DNA of 64,000 nucleotides from Escherichia coli (GTDB lineage: Bacteria > Pseudomonadota > Gammaproteobacteria > Enterobacterales > Enterobacteriaceae), in the NCBI RefSeq assembly GCF_003334355.1, contig NZ_QOWP01000021.1; one strand, 5' to 3'. Positions 12,228 to 25,515 of the stretch are shown in pieces. The notes under the pieces were generated by a model. The model was not told where the DNA came from. It searched no databases and saw only the letters and a list, made by a program, of their open reading frames with translations. How positions within the stretch are numbered: the first letter of the stretch is position 1; every line of letters starts with the position of its first letter. The position numbers and the translations under genes are program-made.

Positions 12228-13422
12228 TATTTACCCCCTCACGATCTAAAGCGCGCAGCAGCATTCCTTTCGAAATGATGCCGACATACTGTTGGTCCTC
12301 GTCGACCACGGGCACCGCACAGGGTGCCTGTCCGACATGAGAGAGCAACTCGCTAAGAGGCGTTTGTGCATCGACTGCTAACGGCGCATCAATCAGCGCC
12401 GCATCAAGACCTTGCTGCTGCGTTAACGCGGTTTTAAGCGAATCGATGGAGACTGCGCCGACAAACTTATTACCGCGTTCGATAACGTAGCCATATTCGC
12501 GATCTTCATCCTGCAATAATTTCAGTGCCGAACGTGGGCCGAAGCCAGGGGTTTTACGAATTAAGCCATTCGGTGTCCGGCGGGCAATATCTTTCGCACT
12601 GAATACCTGACTAATATCAACGCCACGGAAGAAGGTACGGACATAATCATTCGCCGGATTATTGAGAATTTCATCCGGTGTGCCGACCTGTACCACTTCA
12701 CCATTTTGCATAATGGCAATTCGGTCGCCAATACGCATGGCTTCATCAAGATCGTGGGAAATAAAGACAATGGTGCGCTGATGTTTCGCCTGTAATTTTA
12801 CCAGCTCATCCTGCATCTCGGTGCGAATTAATGGATCGAGCGCCGAGAAGGCTTCGTCCATTAATAATATATCCGGATTAATCGCTAACGCGCGGGCTAA
12901 TCCCACACGTTGACGCATCCCGCCAGAGAGTTCATCCGGGTAGCTGTGGGCATAATTTTCCAGCCCGACCTGACGCAGTGCATCAAGGGCTTTTTCCCGG
13001 CGTTCTTCGGCATTAATTCCGGCCAATTCCATACCGAACGCAGTATTGTCCAGCACGGTCATATGCGGCATTAAGGCAAAGGACTGGAAGACCATCGCAA
13101 TCTTTTTTCTGCGCACCTCACGGAGTTCGGCGTCGGATATTTTGGCAATATCCACACCATCAATCAGCACTTGCCCGCGGGTGGGTTCAATCAGGCGATT
13201 GAGAAGGCGTACCATTGTGGATTTACCCGAGCCGGATAATCCCATGATGACAAATATCTCGCCTTCTTCAATGGCCAGACTGGCGTCTTTTACGCCAAGC
13301 GATAGCCCAGTTTTTTCCAGAATTTGTTCTTTTGAAAGTCCTTGTTCGATATATTTGAACGCTCGCTGTGGATGCTCGCCAAATATTTTATAAAGATTTT
13401 TAATTTCTAATTTAATTGCCAT
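12220..13422 (-). CDS. proV: Glycine betaine/proline ABC transporter ATPase ProV
   Basis: Start at [16 protein letters not shown] (ATG 13420-13422); Walker [10 protein letters not shown]; tandem CBS domains; ORF track extends 91 codons upstream. Confidence 0.9.
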   Translation of the reverse strand: MAIKLEIKNLYKIFGEHPQRAFKYIEQGLSKEQILEKTGLSLGVKDASLAIEEGEIFVIMGLSGSGKSTMVRLLNRLIEPTRGQVLIDGVDIAKISDAELREVRRKKIAMVFQSFALMPHMTVLDNTAFGMELAGINAEERREKALDALRQVGLENYAHSYPDELSGGMRQRVGLARALAINPDILLMDEAFSALDPLIRTEMQDELVKLQAKHQRTIVFISHDLDEAMRIGDRIAIMQNGEVVQVGTPDEILNNPANDYVRTFFRGVDISQVFSAKDIARRTPNGLIRKTPGFGPRSALKLLQDEDREYGYVIERGNKFVGAVSIDSLKTALTQQQGLDAALIDAPLAVDAQTPLSELLSHVGQAPCAVPVVDEDQQYVGIISKGMLLRALDREGVNNG

Positions 13423-13775
13423 GCAATAGAAAGATTCCTTTATTTGTCTATGTCGATATATTACCCAATGGAAATAGTCACTTTTTTCTACCCTAACATA
13501 CTGAGAATCTGAGGCAACCCCTGATGGCAAATGTGGCATGAATATTGATGCGAGCAAATCGCCGGAATTTCCCGTGATATAAGGGCTGAGAGCAAATCGA
13601 GAAAGTTGATATTTTTTGTCAAAGATAGCGAAAAAACGCCTGAATATTGTGGTTTCAGGCGAATAATGCAACAGAGTATCAGTGTAGATCACCACAAATT
13701 ATTTGCGTGATAAAAAGCTATTTGGCGGGAATTATTTCCCTGCTGCGGGTAGTGATATTTTTGAAAATAACACCC

Positions 13776-14744
<969 letters not shown>

Positions 14745-16889
14745 TTAAAGTGCACAGGAGACGCAGCCTTCAATTTCAGTGCCTTCCAGCGCCATCTGAC
14801 GCAGGCGGATGTAATAGAGCGTTTTGATACCCTTGCGCCAGGCGTAAATCTGCGCTTTGTTGATATCGCGAGTGGTGGCGGTATCGGGGAAAAAAAGCGT
14901 CAGCGACAGCCCCTGATCGACATGGCGAGTCGCTTCCGCGTAGGTGTCGATGATCTTTTCTGCGCCAATTTCGTAAGCGTCCTGATACAGCGCCAGATTC
15001 TCGTTAGTCATAAACGGGGCAGGGTAGTAAACGCGTCCTGTTTTGCCCTCTTTGCGTATCTCTACTTTCGCCACAATCGGATGAATACTCGACGTAGCAT
15101 GGTTGATATAAGAGATAGAACCGGTTGGCGGCACCGCCTGAAGATTCTGGTTGTATATGCCGTAGCGCATCACGTCGTCGCGCAGCTGCGCCCACATCTC
15201 ACGGGTAGGTAACGTAATACCGCTACGGGTAAACAGTTCGCCAACTTTCGCCGTTTTCGGCTGCCAGTTCCCTTGCAGATATTGGCTAAAATATTCACCA
15301 CTGGCATAGCGTGACTGTTTGAACCCGGCGAAGGTTTCACCGCGTTCGCGTGCCAGCAACATCGAGGTACGCAGTGCATGCCAGGTGATGGCATAGAAAT
15401 AGAGATTGGTGAAATCCAGTGCTTCCGGCGAACCATAAGCGATGCCTTCTCGCGCCAGATAGCCGTGTAAATTCATCTGCCCCAGTCCGATGGCGTGCGA
15501 GGCGGCATTTCCGGCTTCGATGGACGGCACGCTGCGGATATGACTCATATCTGATACTGCCGTTAAACCGCGCACGGCAGTCTCTACCGTGCGGGCAAAA
15601 TCGGGGGAATCCATGGTGTGCGCAATATTCAACGAACCTAAATTGCAGGAAATATCATGGCCTGTGCGGGTATAGTCGAGATTCTCGTCATACTCTGAGG
15701 CGCTGTTAACCTGCAAAATTTCTGAGCAGAGATTACTCATATTTATGCGCCCGGCGATAGGGTTAGCACGGTTTACCGTGTCTTCATACATGATGTAGGG
15801 ATAGCCGGACTCAAACTGGATTTCTGCCAGTCGCTGGAAGAAATCACGGGCGTTGAGGTATTTTTTGCGAATGCGTTCATCGGCAACCAGTTCGTCATAG
15901 TGTTGGCTGATGGCCACATCGGCAAACGGCTTGCCATAAACTCGCTCTACGTCATAAGGCGAAAACAGCGCCATCTGCGCATTCTCTTTTGCCAGATGGA
16001 AAGTGATATCCGGGATCACCACGCCAAGCGACAGTGTTTTAATGCGGATTTTTTCGTCGGCATTTTCCCGTTTCGTGTCGAGAAAACGCAGAATATCGGG
16101 ATGATGAGCATGTAAATAGACTGCACCAGCCCCCTGACGAGCGCCGAGTTGGTTGGCATAGGAAAATGCGTCTTCCAGCATTTTCATCACCGGAATTACG
16201 CCAGAAGATTGATTTTCAATACGTTTAATTGGCGCGCCCGCTTCTCGCAGATTCGACAGCAAAAATGCTACGCCGCCGCCGCGTTTCGACAGCTGCAGTG
16301 CGGAATTTACCGCCCGACCAATCGACTCCATATTGTCTTCAATACGCAGCAAAAAACAGGAAACCAGTTCGCCGCGCTGCTGCTTACCGCAGTTGAGGAA
16401 TGTTGGCGTGGCTGGCTGAAAGCGTCCTGACAGCATTTCATCGGTCAGTTGCAACGCCAGCGTCTCATCGCCTTGTGCCAGCGTCAGCGCCACCATCGTT
16501 ACTCGATCGGCAAAATCTTCCAGATAACGTTTACCGTCGAATGTCTTCAACGTATAGCTGGTGTAAAACTTCCATGCCCCGAGGAATGTCTGGAAACGAA
16601 AACCGCTGGTGTGTGCGTGGGCAAACAGCGTAATGACAAAGTCGCGAGAGTAGCGATTAAGAACGCTTTCATCATAGTAACCTTCGTTGACCAGCCAGTT
16701 CAGGCGCTGCTGCTGGCTACTGAAGGTCACACTGTTCGGACGCACATGCGTCGCAATAAAGGCGTCAACGGCCTGGCGGTCTTTATCGAACTGAATGCGA
16801 CCTGCGCTATCGTAGAGGTTAAGCATCGCATTCAGCGCGTGGTAATCCATCGTTTCCTGCGTCAGGCATTCTGCGGTTGTCGTTGCCAA
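14745..16889 (-). CDS. nrdE: Class Ib ribonucleotide reductase alpha subunit NrdE
   Basis: 714-aa ORF; nrdHIEF operon order. Confidence 0.95.
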
Positions 16890-17272
16890 AATTCGGTTAC
16901 TCCTTTACGAACGTTTTCGATATCGCTTTGCGTACCCATGAGTTCAAAACGGTACAGCCACGGCACGCCGCATTTCCGGGCAATCACATCTCCGGCGCGG
17001 CCATACGCCTCACCAAAGTTGCGATTACCAGAAGCAATAACGCCGCGAAGCAACGCCCGGTTGTGCTCGTCGTTTAAAAAGCGAATTACCTGTCGTGGCA
17101 CCGCGCCAGCCGTACCGCCGCCGCCGTAAGAGGGCACGATCAGGATGTAAGGCTCGTCTACCTGAATCCGTTCCCGCTCATTGAGCGGGATGCGCACCGC
17201 GGGCAGACCTAAACGTTCGATAAAACGCTGCGTGTTTTCGGAGCTGCTGGAGAAGTAGACGAGCTGGCTCAT
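16862..17272 (-). CDS. nrdI: Flavodoxin-like NrdI
   Basis: 136-aa ORF overlapping nrdE start. Confidence 0.9.
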
Positions 17273-17514
17273 GCACTGGCCGCGTGTGGCGCTGGATGCA
17301 GACGGTTAATCATGTCCGGACGGAAACCAGACCAGCTAAGATCGCCAGCAATCACTACCGGCAACTGACGAAAGCCCTGAGCACGCAACGCTTCTGCCGC
17401 TTCAGGAACGCGATCGACATTAATCATTTCAAAATCAAAGCCCCGGTTTTCCATCGCCCGTTTGGTGGCGTGGCACTGAACGCAATCGTTACGAGTGTAA
17501 ATAGTAATGCGCAT
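17269..17514 (-). CDS. nrdH: Glutaredoxin-like protein NrdH
   Basis: 81-aa ORF with CVQC redox motif. Confidence 0.9.
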
Positions 17515-17761
17515 GATTCGTATTTCCGTTTAAAATGAAGATACGGCGCGATGATACGCGTCGGGTTGTCTCTCTGTTGATACAGAGATACTAGATGTAG
17601 TTGAAAAAAGATTCAACCACACAATATATAGCAAATAGTGGTCGAAATTACCCTGGATATGAGCGTGACGGGGTAGGGGGATTTTTGTGATTCACCAGGC
17701 AAAAAGAAACCCCGAAGACAGGCTTCGGGGTCAAAGACGCGTATTTATTATCATTTTTGCA

Positions 17762-18103
17762 CTACGATTTGCGCATGCTTAACAGTGCGCCGATAAAAAT
17801 ACCTACCGCAGCTGCTGTACCCACGCTACACCAGGGTCTTTCACGAACAAAAGAATCCGCGCAGCCAACGGCATCGCGCGCGGCTTGCTGGACGCGAGTA
17901 CGACCATGCATTCGCGCCCTGGTTTCTTTCAGCAATGCCTGAGCTTTACTGCGTGCGGCTTCAGCTTCCCCTTTGGCGTCGCTGCCCCAGGACTTCAATA
18001 CAGATTCGAGGCTGTCAGCTAATTGATTGACATCATTCTGGATATCCTGCACGCCATCATCAACGTCGTTGCGGTTCGGTCGGTTAAACATATGATCCCC
18101 CAT
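17762..18103 (-). CDS. ygaM: ElaB/YqjD-family ribosome-associated membrane-anchored protein YgaM (true start may be MFNRPN at 18091)
   Basis: 113-aa ORF with C-terminal TM anchor. Confidence 0.75.
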   Translation of the reverse strand: MGDHMFNRPNRNDVDDGVQDIQNDVNQLADSLESVLKSWGSDAKGEAEAARSKAQALLKETRARMHGRTRVQQAARDAVGCADSFVRERPWCSVGTAAAVGIFIGALLSMRKS

Positions 18104-18242
18104 TAGAATTCGATGTAATTTTCAGTGTAGACCATAATTTTCTTAACTGAGGTTCATCGCGGCTTTATGGACTTTTCTGAAAGCGTTGTGAATGCGCAAT
18201 CAGGTAAGGTAGGCCCGCGGTTGATAATAACGAGGATCAAAT

Positions 18243-18587
18243 ATGTATTTACGACCAGACGAGGTGGCGCGCGTACTTGAAAAAGTCGGTTTTACTGTCG
18301 ATGTGGTAACCCAGAAAGCGTATGGTTACCGCCGTGGGGAAAATTATGTCTATGTTAATCGCGAAGCGCGAATGGGACGTACCGCTCTGGTAATTCATCC
18401 AACATTAAAAGAACGCAGTTCGACACTGGCTGAACCCGCTTCCGATATTAAAACTTGCGATCATTACCAGCAATTTCCGCTCTATTTAGCAGGCGAGCGA
18501 CACGAGCATTACGGTATCCCGCATGGCTTTAGTTCGCGTGTTGCGCTTGAACGTTATTTGAATGGTTTATTTGGCGAAGCCAGTTAA
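18243..18587 (+). CDS. ygaC: Uncharacterized protein YgaC
   Basis: 114-aa ORF, conserved synteny. Confidence 0.8.
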
Positions 18588-18590
18588 AGA

Positions 18591-18613
18591 CGCGACTGGC
18601 GATGCCAGTCGCG
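18591..18613. terminator. Bidirectional terminator between ygaC and alaE
   Basis: Hairpin cgcgactggcgatgccagtcgcg followed by A/T runs. Confidence 0.6.
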
Positions 18614-18623
18614 AAAAGAAGAG

Positions 18624-19073
18624 TCAGGCTTTTACCTGCTGGTAACGGCTGACTTTAAACAGTCGGCGGCAATAATCGAGGAAGTAGCCATAAACCGCCC
18701 CCATCAACATCGAAACAACGATGTTTGAACTGACCGCCGCCATAATCTGATGCCAGTCTGCGCCCACCACTAACAAGATCGCCACATACACCGGTGACTG
18801 GAACGTCACATAAGCCAGGATATCCGCCAGATTTTTTATCCAGCCCGACGGGCTAACTTTGCGTGCCGCGCGCATAAACAGATCACGGTACATACCGTAT
18901 GGCCATGCAATTAAGATGTTCACCGGAATCGCTACCAATCTGGAATAAAAAGACTGTTCGAAGCTCATTCCGGAGAGGAAAACTTCAATACACATGTTCA
19001 CGACAGAACAGTAAACAACCATCGCGAACGTATCTGCAACTGCATGACGCAAGCGTGACTGCGGTGAGAACAT
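18624..19073 (-). CDS. alaE: L-alanine exporter AlaE
   Basis: 149-aa membrane ORF. Confidence 0.85.
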   Translation of the reverse strand: MFSPQSRLRHAVADTFAMVVYCSVVNMCIEVFLSGMSFEQSFYSRLVAIPVNILIAWPYGMYRDLFMRAARKVSPSGWIKNLADILAYVTFQSPVYVAILLVVGADWHQIMAAVSSNIVVSMLMGAVYGYFLDYCRRLFKVSRYQQVKA

Positions 19074-19741
19074 GCTAATGCTCCTTAATAAAAGCGTAAT
19101 GGGATGTTAATGGAGATGAAAGCAGTGGATCTCATTGCCATCTGCATTTTCGCATAGAGTATATCGCTGGCTATGACTAATCAATTAGTGAAAAATTTTT
19201 ATTTAGTCAGTTTTTGTAGATAAAATATTCCGTAACGGCTCGTTTTTTGTACATTGTGGATTTTTACATGCCGATATGATTTATTTTTAATTAAATCAAT
19301 TAGATATGGCCTTACCTTTAATATCACTAATGAAAGTTTGGGGGTGAGGTAACGCTATAAGCGTAGAGAATTCGGTGTATGTAGTAGCTGGGTCATTTTC
19401 AGCATTTTTTATGCCAGACAATGTACATTAACAGCAGAAAGCACCAGTGATGGATGTTTTCTTTTATTCTGTTATATTGCATTTTTATTCACTTTGATTT
19501 TGTCAGGCTTGCGGAATTAGCGAGCAGAGAGCGCCGCTCTGTTCACCAATAATCTAAATTACTCATCAAAATGGCTAATATATAATCTTGAAATTATTCT
19601 GAGAGTTTCAGAAAATAACAGCTGAAATAATCTCGCGCAGGACTGTAAATAGATTAAATTTTGTGGAAATATAATAAGTGATCGCTTACACTACGCGACG
19701 AAATACTTTTTTTGTTTTGGCGTTAAAAGGTTTTCTTTATT

Positions 19742-20146
19742 ATGTCCGTAATGTTACAAAGTTTAAATAACATTCGCACCCTCCGTGCGATGGCTCGCGA
19801 ATTCTCCATTGACGTTCTTGAAGAAATGCTCGAAAAATTCAGGGTTGTCACTAAAGAAAGACGTGAAGAAGAAGAACAGCAGCAGCGTGAACTGGCAGAG
19901 CGCCAGGAAAAAATTAGCACCTGGCTGGAGCTGATGAAAGCTGACGGAATTAACCCGGAAGAGTTATTGGGTAATAGCTCTGCTGCTGCACCACGCGCTG
20001 GTAAAAAACGCCAGCCGCGTCCGGCGAAATATAAATTCACCGATGTTAACGGTGAAACTAAAACCTGGACCGGTCAGGGCCGTACACCGAAGCCAATTGC
20101 TCAGGCGCTGGCAGAAGGTAAATCTCTCGACGATTTCCTGATCTAA
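19742..20146 (+). CDS. stpA: H-NS paralogue DNA-binding protein StpA
   Basis: 134-aa ORF; H-NS-like C-terminal TWTGQGRTP motif; long AT-rich upstream region. Confidence 0.95.
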   Translation: MSVMLQSLNNIRTLRAMAREFSIDVLEEMLEKFRVVTKERREEEEQQQRELAERQEKISTWLELMKADGINPEELLGNSSAAAPRAGKKRQPRPAKYKFTDVNGETKTWTGQGRTPKPIAQALAEGKSLDDFLI

Positions 20147-20192
20147 TTACTGAGGCCGGATGTCGCTGCTAGGGCGCGTCCGGCGTCGCTTC

Positions 20193-20717
20193 TCAAGCTC
20201 GTTGGTTCCACGGCATCTTATCTAACAACCTTGCCATTCCACAAAAACCGCTGATTCCTGCAAACAGTAACCCGGCACCAACAAAGCCACTTAATAAGAA
20301 GAAACCGCTATTTACGGTATAACCCAGTACAACGCCGATTAATATTAAACCACCCGCAGCGATCTGCACCTGGCGCATTAACGGCAAGGGTTGAGATTTA
20401 TTTACCGCTACTGGCAATCCTGCTTTTTTCCAGCCATCAATCCCATCTTCGAGTAAAAAGATTTCTGCGGGGGCGGCAATCGCTGCTAATTTATCGGCAT
20501 TATTACTGGTGCGTTTACCTGCCTGGCAGTGGAATATAATTTGCTCGTGACGTAATTTAGCCGGAAGAACTGACTGTTCCAGCACGGATAATGGAGCCAG
20601 ATCTGCTTCAGGAATATGTTCACGAAGATATTCATCAGCATCACGAATATCGATTAACTTTGCGCCGCGTGCGATTAATTCTTGTGCATCATGCGGCGAA
20701 ATGGTTGTCAAAGCCAT
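20193..20717 (-). CDS. ygaP: Rhodanese-domain inner membrane sulfurtransferase YgaP
   Basis: 174-aa ORF; active-site Cys in CQAGKR; C-terminal TM helices. Confidence 0.85.
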   Translation of the reverse strand: MALTTISPHDAQELIARGAKLIDIRDADEYLREHIPEADLAPLSVLEQSVLPAKLRHEQIIFHCQAGKRTSNNADKLAAIAAPAEIFLLEDGIDGWKKAGLPVAVNKSQPLPLMRQVQIAAGGLILIGVVLGYTVNSGFFLLSGFVGAGLLFAGISGFCGMARLLDKMPWNQRA

Positions 20718-20726
20718 AGTGACTCC

Positions 20727-21026
20727 TTACGGACAATAGACATTTTTCAGGGTGGCGATAATGGCATTTACCGCCTCATTTTTAATGGAATATAGAATGC
20801 GTTGGGCATCCCGTTGGCTGTCGATAAGCCCTTCGTCCCGCATACGAGCGAGATGCTGTGATGTCGCAGAGGCACTCAGTCCGGTAATGCGCGTCAGCTC
20901 TCCCGCGCTGGTGCCGGGGGAACCGCTAAGCATGCACAGAATCAGCAATCGTTTAGGGTGGCTCATTGCTTTCAATAAGGCCGCTGCCTGTTCGGCACTG
21001 GCCTGTAATTGCGCGAGTTCAGTCAT
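20727..21026 (-). CDS. ygaV: ArsR/SmtB-family transcriptional regulator YgaV
   Basis: 99-aa wHTH ORF directly upstream of ygaP. Confidence 0.85.
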   Translation of the reverse strand: MTELAQLQASAEQAAALLKAMSHPKRLLILCMLSGSPGTSAGELTRITGLSASATSQHLARMRDEGLIDSQRDAQRILYSIKNEAVNAIIATLKNVYCP

Positions 21027-21208
21027 ATTTATTTAAGTATTTTCTAAATTAAGTAAACTCTAAACTAAAAATGCAACATATACCAGCCTCAGCAGCGTAA
21101 ATGAGAGTAAAAGCGTAAGCTGAAACTGGCAGGCTCCGCTAAAATTACTACGCTTAAGAGATAAAATCTCTTTTTAAACAATGAGTAATTTTCTTATAGG
21201 GAGTACAT

Positions 21209-21367
21209 ATGGGTTTCTGGAGAATCGTCATCACCATCATTCTGCCGCCGCTCGGCGTGCTGCTCGGTAAAGGGTTCGGTTGGGCGTTCATTATTAATAT
21301 TCTGTTGACACTGCTTGGGTATATCCCCGGTTTGATTCACGCGTTCTGGGTGCAAACCCGCGATTAA
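21209..21367 (+). CDS. yqaE: Small membrane protein YqaE (Pmp3/UPF0057 family)
   Basis: 52-aa ORF MGFWRIVITIILPPLGVLLGKGFGW...; below ORF-track size cutoff, read directly from sequence. Confidence 0.8.
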   Translation: MGFWRIVITIILPPLGVLLGKGFGWAFIINILLTLLGYIPGLIHAFWVQTRD

Positions 21368-21450
21368 ACCTGTGCTCATCCCCGCGGCGTTAACGCGCCG
21401 CGTTCCTCTGCTACACTTTCTGAGTGTTTCCGTTAACGAATGAGGTAGCT

Positions 21451-21900
21451 ATGGGTCTGTTCAATTTTGTGAAAGATGCCGGAGAAAAACTCTGGGACGC
21501 GGTTACAGGTCAGCACGATAAAGACGATCAGGCGAAGAAGGTGCAGGAGCATCTGAACAAAACCGGTATACCGGATGCCGATAAAGTGAATATTCAAATT
21601 GCCGACGGCAAAGCGACGGTCACTGGTGACGGCCTGAGTCAGGAGGCGAAGGAGAAAATCCTTGTTGCGGTGGGGAATATTTCCGGTATTGCCAGTGTCG
21701 ATGATCAGGTGAAAACGGCGACACCAGCCACTGCCAGCCAGTTTTATACCGTTAAGTCTGGCGACACTCTGAGTGCCATTTCCAAACAGGTCTACGGTAA
21801 CGCTAATCTGTACAATAAAATCTTCGAAGCGAATAAACCGATGCTAAAAAGCCCGGATAAAATTTATCCGGGGCAAGTGTTGCGTATTCCGGAAGAGTAG
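21451..21900 (+). CDS. kbp: Potassium-binding protein Kbp (BON + LysM domains)
   Basis: Start at [15 protein letters not shown]; C-terminal Lys[20 protein letters not shown]. Confidence 0.9.
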
Positions 21901-22563
21901 TTAATTGCCAGCCATCGCCTGCTGGATAATGGGAATTGGCGTCAGTAAATGCTGGCGCATTAACTCACTGGCGCGCGCGGTATCTCGCGCCAGTACCGCC
22001 GCAGTCAGGGTCTGGTGCTGATCGTGTTTATCCTCCAGCATTTCCACCGAAAGCACCGTTCGCCGCAGCCAGATAAATCGATAACGCGCCGCCAGATCAA
22101 ACAACCGTTCACGCATTTGCAGCAAATAGTGAGAACCACAGCCCGCCACAATTGCCGTATGAAACGCCTGATGACGCAGATCCCACTCATCAAGCATTTT
22201 CTCGCTGGCGTCACAGGCCTCAAGCTTACTCAGCAGATGCGCTTTTGCGAGAACGTCTGCCTCCCACTCATCGCCACCGCGGGCAATCGCCAGACTCACT
22301 AACATCGCTTCCATATTGGCGCGGGCGTCGAAAATATCGAGCAGCTCCTGCTCTGACATAGACGCCACCCGATACCCTTTTTGATTCACCACCGTGACCA
22401 GCCGTTCCGCCACCAGTTGCGAAAGAGCTTCCCGTAACGGCCCAACGCCAAGTGCATAACGCGATGTCAGCAAACTCATTCGTAATTTTTCATCCGGTTG
22501 AAAATTACCGCGAATAATATCGTTCTTCAGCCAGCGATAGCCATCCAGAGACGTAATGGTCAT
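21901..22563 (-). CDS. csiR: GntR-family transcriptional regulator CsiR
   Basis: Start taken at MTITSLDGYRWL; downstream of gabP. Confidence 0.85.
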   Translation of the reverse strand: MTITSLDGYRWLKNDIIRGNFQPDEKLRMSLLTSRYALGVGPLREALSQLVAERLVTVVNQKGYRVASMSEQELLDIFDARANMEAMLVSLAIARGGDEWEADVLAKAHLLSKLEACDASEKMLDEWDLRHQAFHTAIVAGCGSHYLLQMRERLFDLAARYRFIWLRRTVLSVEMLEDKHDQHQTLTAAVLARDTARASELMRQHLLTPIPIIQQAMAGN

Positions 22564-22583
22564 GGTGTGACTCCTGATCATGA

Positions 22584-23984
22584 TCAGCGCGTATTATGAA
22601 CGGGTGTTTTTTGCCACAATACCAGCTTTTTCCAGCGAGCCATAATTGGCACGGTACAGATAATCCCTATCGCTAATAAGCCGGTGGAGATCACTTCTAA
22701 CTGTTGCGCCGGACGGAATAGCATCACTACCAACACAAAGGTAATAAAGCCGATGACTAGCCAGGTGAGCCACGGATAAAGCCACATTCGCAAGCGAATT
22801 TCGCTTCCTTCTGCTCGCAGAATTTTGCGCATCCGCAACTGTGAAACGGCGATGACTAAATAAACCAGCAGGGCGATAGCGCCGGAGCTGTCGATCAGAA
22901 ATTTAAATACCTTCGCAGGCGCGTAATAGTTCACCACCACCGTTAAGAATGCCGCGCCGGTGGAGAGTAACACCGCCACGTACGGGGTTTTACTGCGGTT
23001 GATTTTACCCATTACCGCGGGAGCATCACCGCGACGACTTAAGGAGTAGAGCATCCTTGACGCGGTATACAGCGCCGAGTTCAGGCAACTGGTTACGGAA
23101 AGTAATATCACGCAGTCCATGATTAATTTCGCATGGGGAATATTGAGCAATTCCAGTACCGAGCGATAAGAACCGACGGCTTTTAGTCCGGGCATATTCC
23201 ACGGAATTAATGCCACGACGACAAAAATAGAACATAAATAGAAGATAGAAATACGCCAGATAACCGAGTTGGTGGCGCGGACAATATGTTTTTCCGGCGT
23301 GTCGGATTCCGCGGCGGCAATGGTGACAATTTCTGCGCCCATAAACGAGAACATGGTGATCAACATCGCGCTTAATACCGCACCGAAACCGTTGGGCATA
23401 AAGCCGCCGCTATCCCACAATCTTGAGATCCCGCTCACTTCGGCATACGGGTAAAAACCGCTAATTGCGACTGCACCAAGGAAAATAAAGGCCAGGATAG
23501 CGATGACTTTGCACAGCGCCAGCCAGAACTCAAATTCGCCGTAGTTTTTAACGCTTAATAAGTTACTGCCAGTTAAGGCGAGGGTAATGACGAGGGAAAA
23601 TAACCAGATGGGAATGCCTGGAACCCATGAGTGCAGGATCATGGCGGCGATGTTGGCTTCCAGCGGGATAACCAGTACCCAAAACCACCAGTACAACCAG
23701 CCGATGGTATAGCCCGCCCAGCGACCAATGGCTTTATCGGCATAGGTGGAAAACGAACCGGTATCGGGCGTGGCAACCGCCATTTCCGCCAACATCCGCA
23801 TAATCATAACCACCAGTAGCCCGGCGAACAGATAGGCCAGTAATACCGCCGGGCCCGCTTCGGCGATGGCGACGCTGGAACCGACAAACAGACTTGCGCC
23901 GATAACACCGGCAATAGACAACATGGTGACGTGGCGTGACTTCAGCCCGCCGCCTAACTCATGTGGTTGCGATGATTGCCCCAT
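22584..23984 (-). CDS. gabP: GABA permease (APC family)
   Basis: Start taken at MGQSSQPHELGGGLKSRHVTMLSIAG; 12-TMS amino acid permease. Confidence 0.9.
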   Translation of the reverse strand: MGQSSQPHELGGGLKSRHVTMLSIAGVIGASLFVGSSVAIAEAGPAVLLAYLFAGLLVVMIMRMLAEMAVATPDTGSFSTYADKAIGRWAGYTIGWLYWWFWVLVIPLEANIAAMILHSWVPGIPIWLFSLVITLALTGSNLLSVKNYGEFEFWLALCKVIAILAFIFLGAVAISGFYPYAEVSGISRLWDSGGFMPNGFGAVLSAMLITMFSFMGAEIVTIAAAESDTPEKHIVRATNSVIWRISIFYLCSIFVVVALIPWNMPGLKAVGSYRSVLELLNIPHAKLIMDCVILLSVTSCLNSALYTASRMLYSLSRRGDAPAVMGKINRSKTPYVAVLLSTGAAFLTVVVNYYAPAKVFKFLIDSSGAIALLVYLVIAVSQLRMRKILRAEGSEIRLRMWLYPWLTWLVIGFITFVLVVMLFRPAQQLEVISTGLLAIGIICTVPIMARWKKLVLWQKTPVHNTR

Positions 23985-24123
23985 CCTGAATCCTCTCGAA
24001 AGTGTGTCACTTGGGAGAGCGCCCCGACATTTCCCGCGCCGGGTCACGCGTATAATTGTTATTGATTCTTTTTGCCGGAGAGCGGCTCCGCCTTACCCGG
24101 CCAACATAGATTTCTTCCTGTTC

Positions 24124-24200
24124 ACGTACAGATTGTCGGATGCGGCGTAAACGCCTTATCCGACCTGGATCCCCGTAGGCCGGACAAGACGCGCAGCGTC
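24124..24200. repeat. REP palindromic element between gabP and gabT
   Basis: gtcggatgcggcgtaaacgccttatccgac and gtaggccggacaagacgcgcagcgtcgcctccggcat. Confidence 0.75.
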
Positions 24201-24221
24201 GCCTCCGGCATAGGAGCGGCG

Positions 24222-25502
24222 CTACTGCTTCGCCTCATCAAAACACTGGCTGATGATCTCCAGACCCTGACGGATCTGAGCGTCTTCAATGGTGAGCGGT
24301 ACAAGGATGCGCAGCACGTTGTAATACGGGCCGCAGGAGAGAAGAATCAGGCCTTTATCGCGGGCGCGAGCCACGATCTCGGCGGTGAGTTTGGCGTCCG
24401 GCTTGTTGTGATCGCCGTCTTCAAACAGCTCAATGGCGATCATCGCCCCCAGCCCGCGTACGTCGCCGATCTCCGGGTGTTTTTCGGCTATCGCCAGCAA
24501 TCCGTCTTTCAACTTCTGCCCCAGATCGTTGGCTTTTTGCAGCAGATTTTCCTGCTCAAACACCTTCAACACTTCCAGCGCAGCCACGCAGGCAATCGGG
24601 TTACCCGCATAGGTGCCGCCCAGACCGCCTGGAGCGACGGCATCCATTACTTCCGCGCGCCCGGTGACGCCCGCCAGCGGGAAGCCGCCCGCGATCGATT
24701 TCGCAAAGGTGGTAAGATCCGGCGCAACGCCCATCTGCTCCATCGCAAACAGCGTGCCGGTACGCCCCGCGCCGCTCTGCACTTCATCGGCAATCAGCAT
24801 GATCCCGTGCTCGTCACACAGAGCGCGTAAACGCTGCATAAAGGCTGGCGACGAGGCGTAGAAACCGCCTTCGCCCTGAACCGGCTCAATCACGATGGCG
24901 GCGATATCTTCCGGCGCGGCATCATTTTTGAAGATCCGGTGGATGCTGGCGATAGCGTCATCCTCGCTTATGCCGTGCAGCGGGCAAGGATAAAGCGCGC
25001 GATAAACATGACCCGGCATCAGCCCCATGCCCGCAGAGTACGGATTCACCTTGCCGGTCAGCGCCAGCGTGTAATGCGTGCGCCCGTGATACGCGCCGCT
25101 AAAAGCGATGGTGCCGCTACGTTTGGTGGCGGCGCGGGCGATTTTTACCGCGTTTTCCACCGCTTCGGAACCGGTCGTAACCAGCAGCGTTTTCTTGGCG
25201 AAATCGCCCGGCACCTTCTGATTCATAATCTCGCACAGCTCCAGATACGGCTCGTAAGCCAGCACCTGGAAGCAGGTGTGCGACAGTTTTTTCAACTGCG
25301 CTTCCACCGCGGCCACCACCTTCGGATGCAGGTGCCCGGTATTGAGCACCGCAATCCCGCCCGCGAAATCAAGATACTCACGGCCTTCAACGTCCCACAC
25401 CCGGCAGTTTTCCGCGCGGTCAGCGAAAATCGGGTGAATTTGCCCAACGCCACGGGGAATCGCCTGACTGCGGCGCTGCATTAACTCTTTATTGCTGTTC
25501 AT
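24222..25502 (-). CDS. gabT: 4-aminobutyrate aminotransferase (PLP-dependent)
   Basis: Start at MNSNKELMQRR; class III aminotransferase. Confidence 0.95.
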   Translation of the reverse strand: MNSNKELMQRRSQAIPRGVGQIHPIFADRAENCRVWDVEGREYLDFAGGIAVLNTGHLHPKVVAAVEAQLKKLSHTCFQVLAYEPYLELCEIMNQKVPGDFAKKTLLVTTGSEAVENAVKIARAATKRSGTIAFSGAYHGRTHYTLALTGKVNPYSAGMGLMPGHVYRALYPCPLHGISEDDAIASIHRIFKNDAAPEDIAAIVIEPVQGEGGFYASSPAFMQRLRALCDEHGIMLIADEVQSGAGRTGTLFAMEQMGVAPDLTTFAKSIAGGFPLAGVTGRAEVMDAVAPGGLGGTYAGNPIACVAALEVLKVFEQENLLQKANDLGQKLKDGLLAIAEKHPEIGDVRGLGAMIAIELFEDGDHNKPDAKLTAEIVARARDKGLILLSCGPYYNVLRILVPLTIEDAQIRQGLEIISQCFDEAKQ

Positions 25503-25515
25503 TCGCATTCTCCAG

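Noticed and set aside
16449-17129. 226-aa plus-strand ORF antisense to nrdE/nrdI
   Set aside because: Embedded antisense within well-supported nrd genes; a typical shadow ORF in GC-rich coding DNA.
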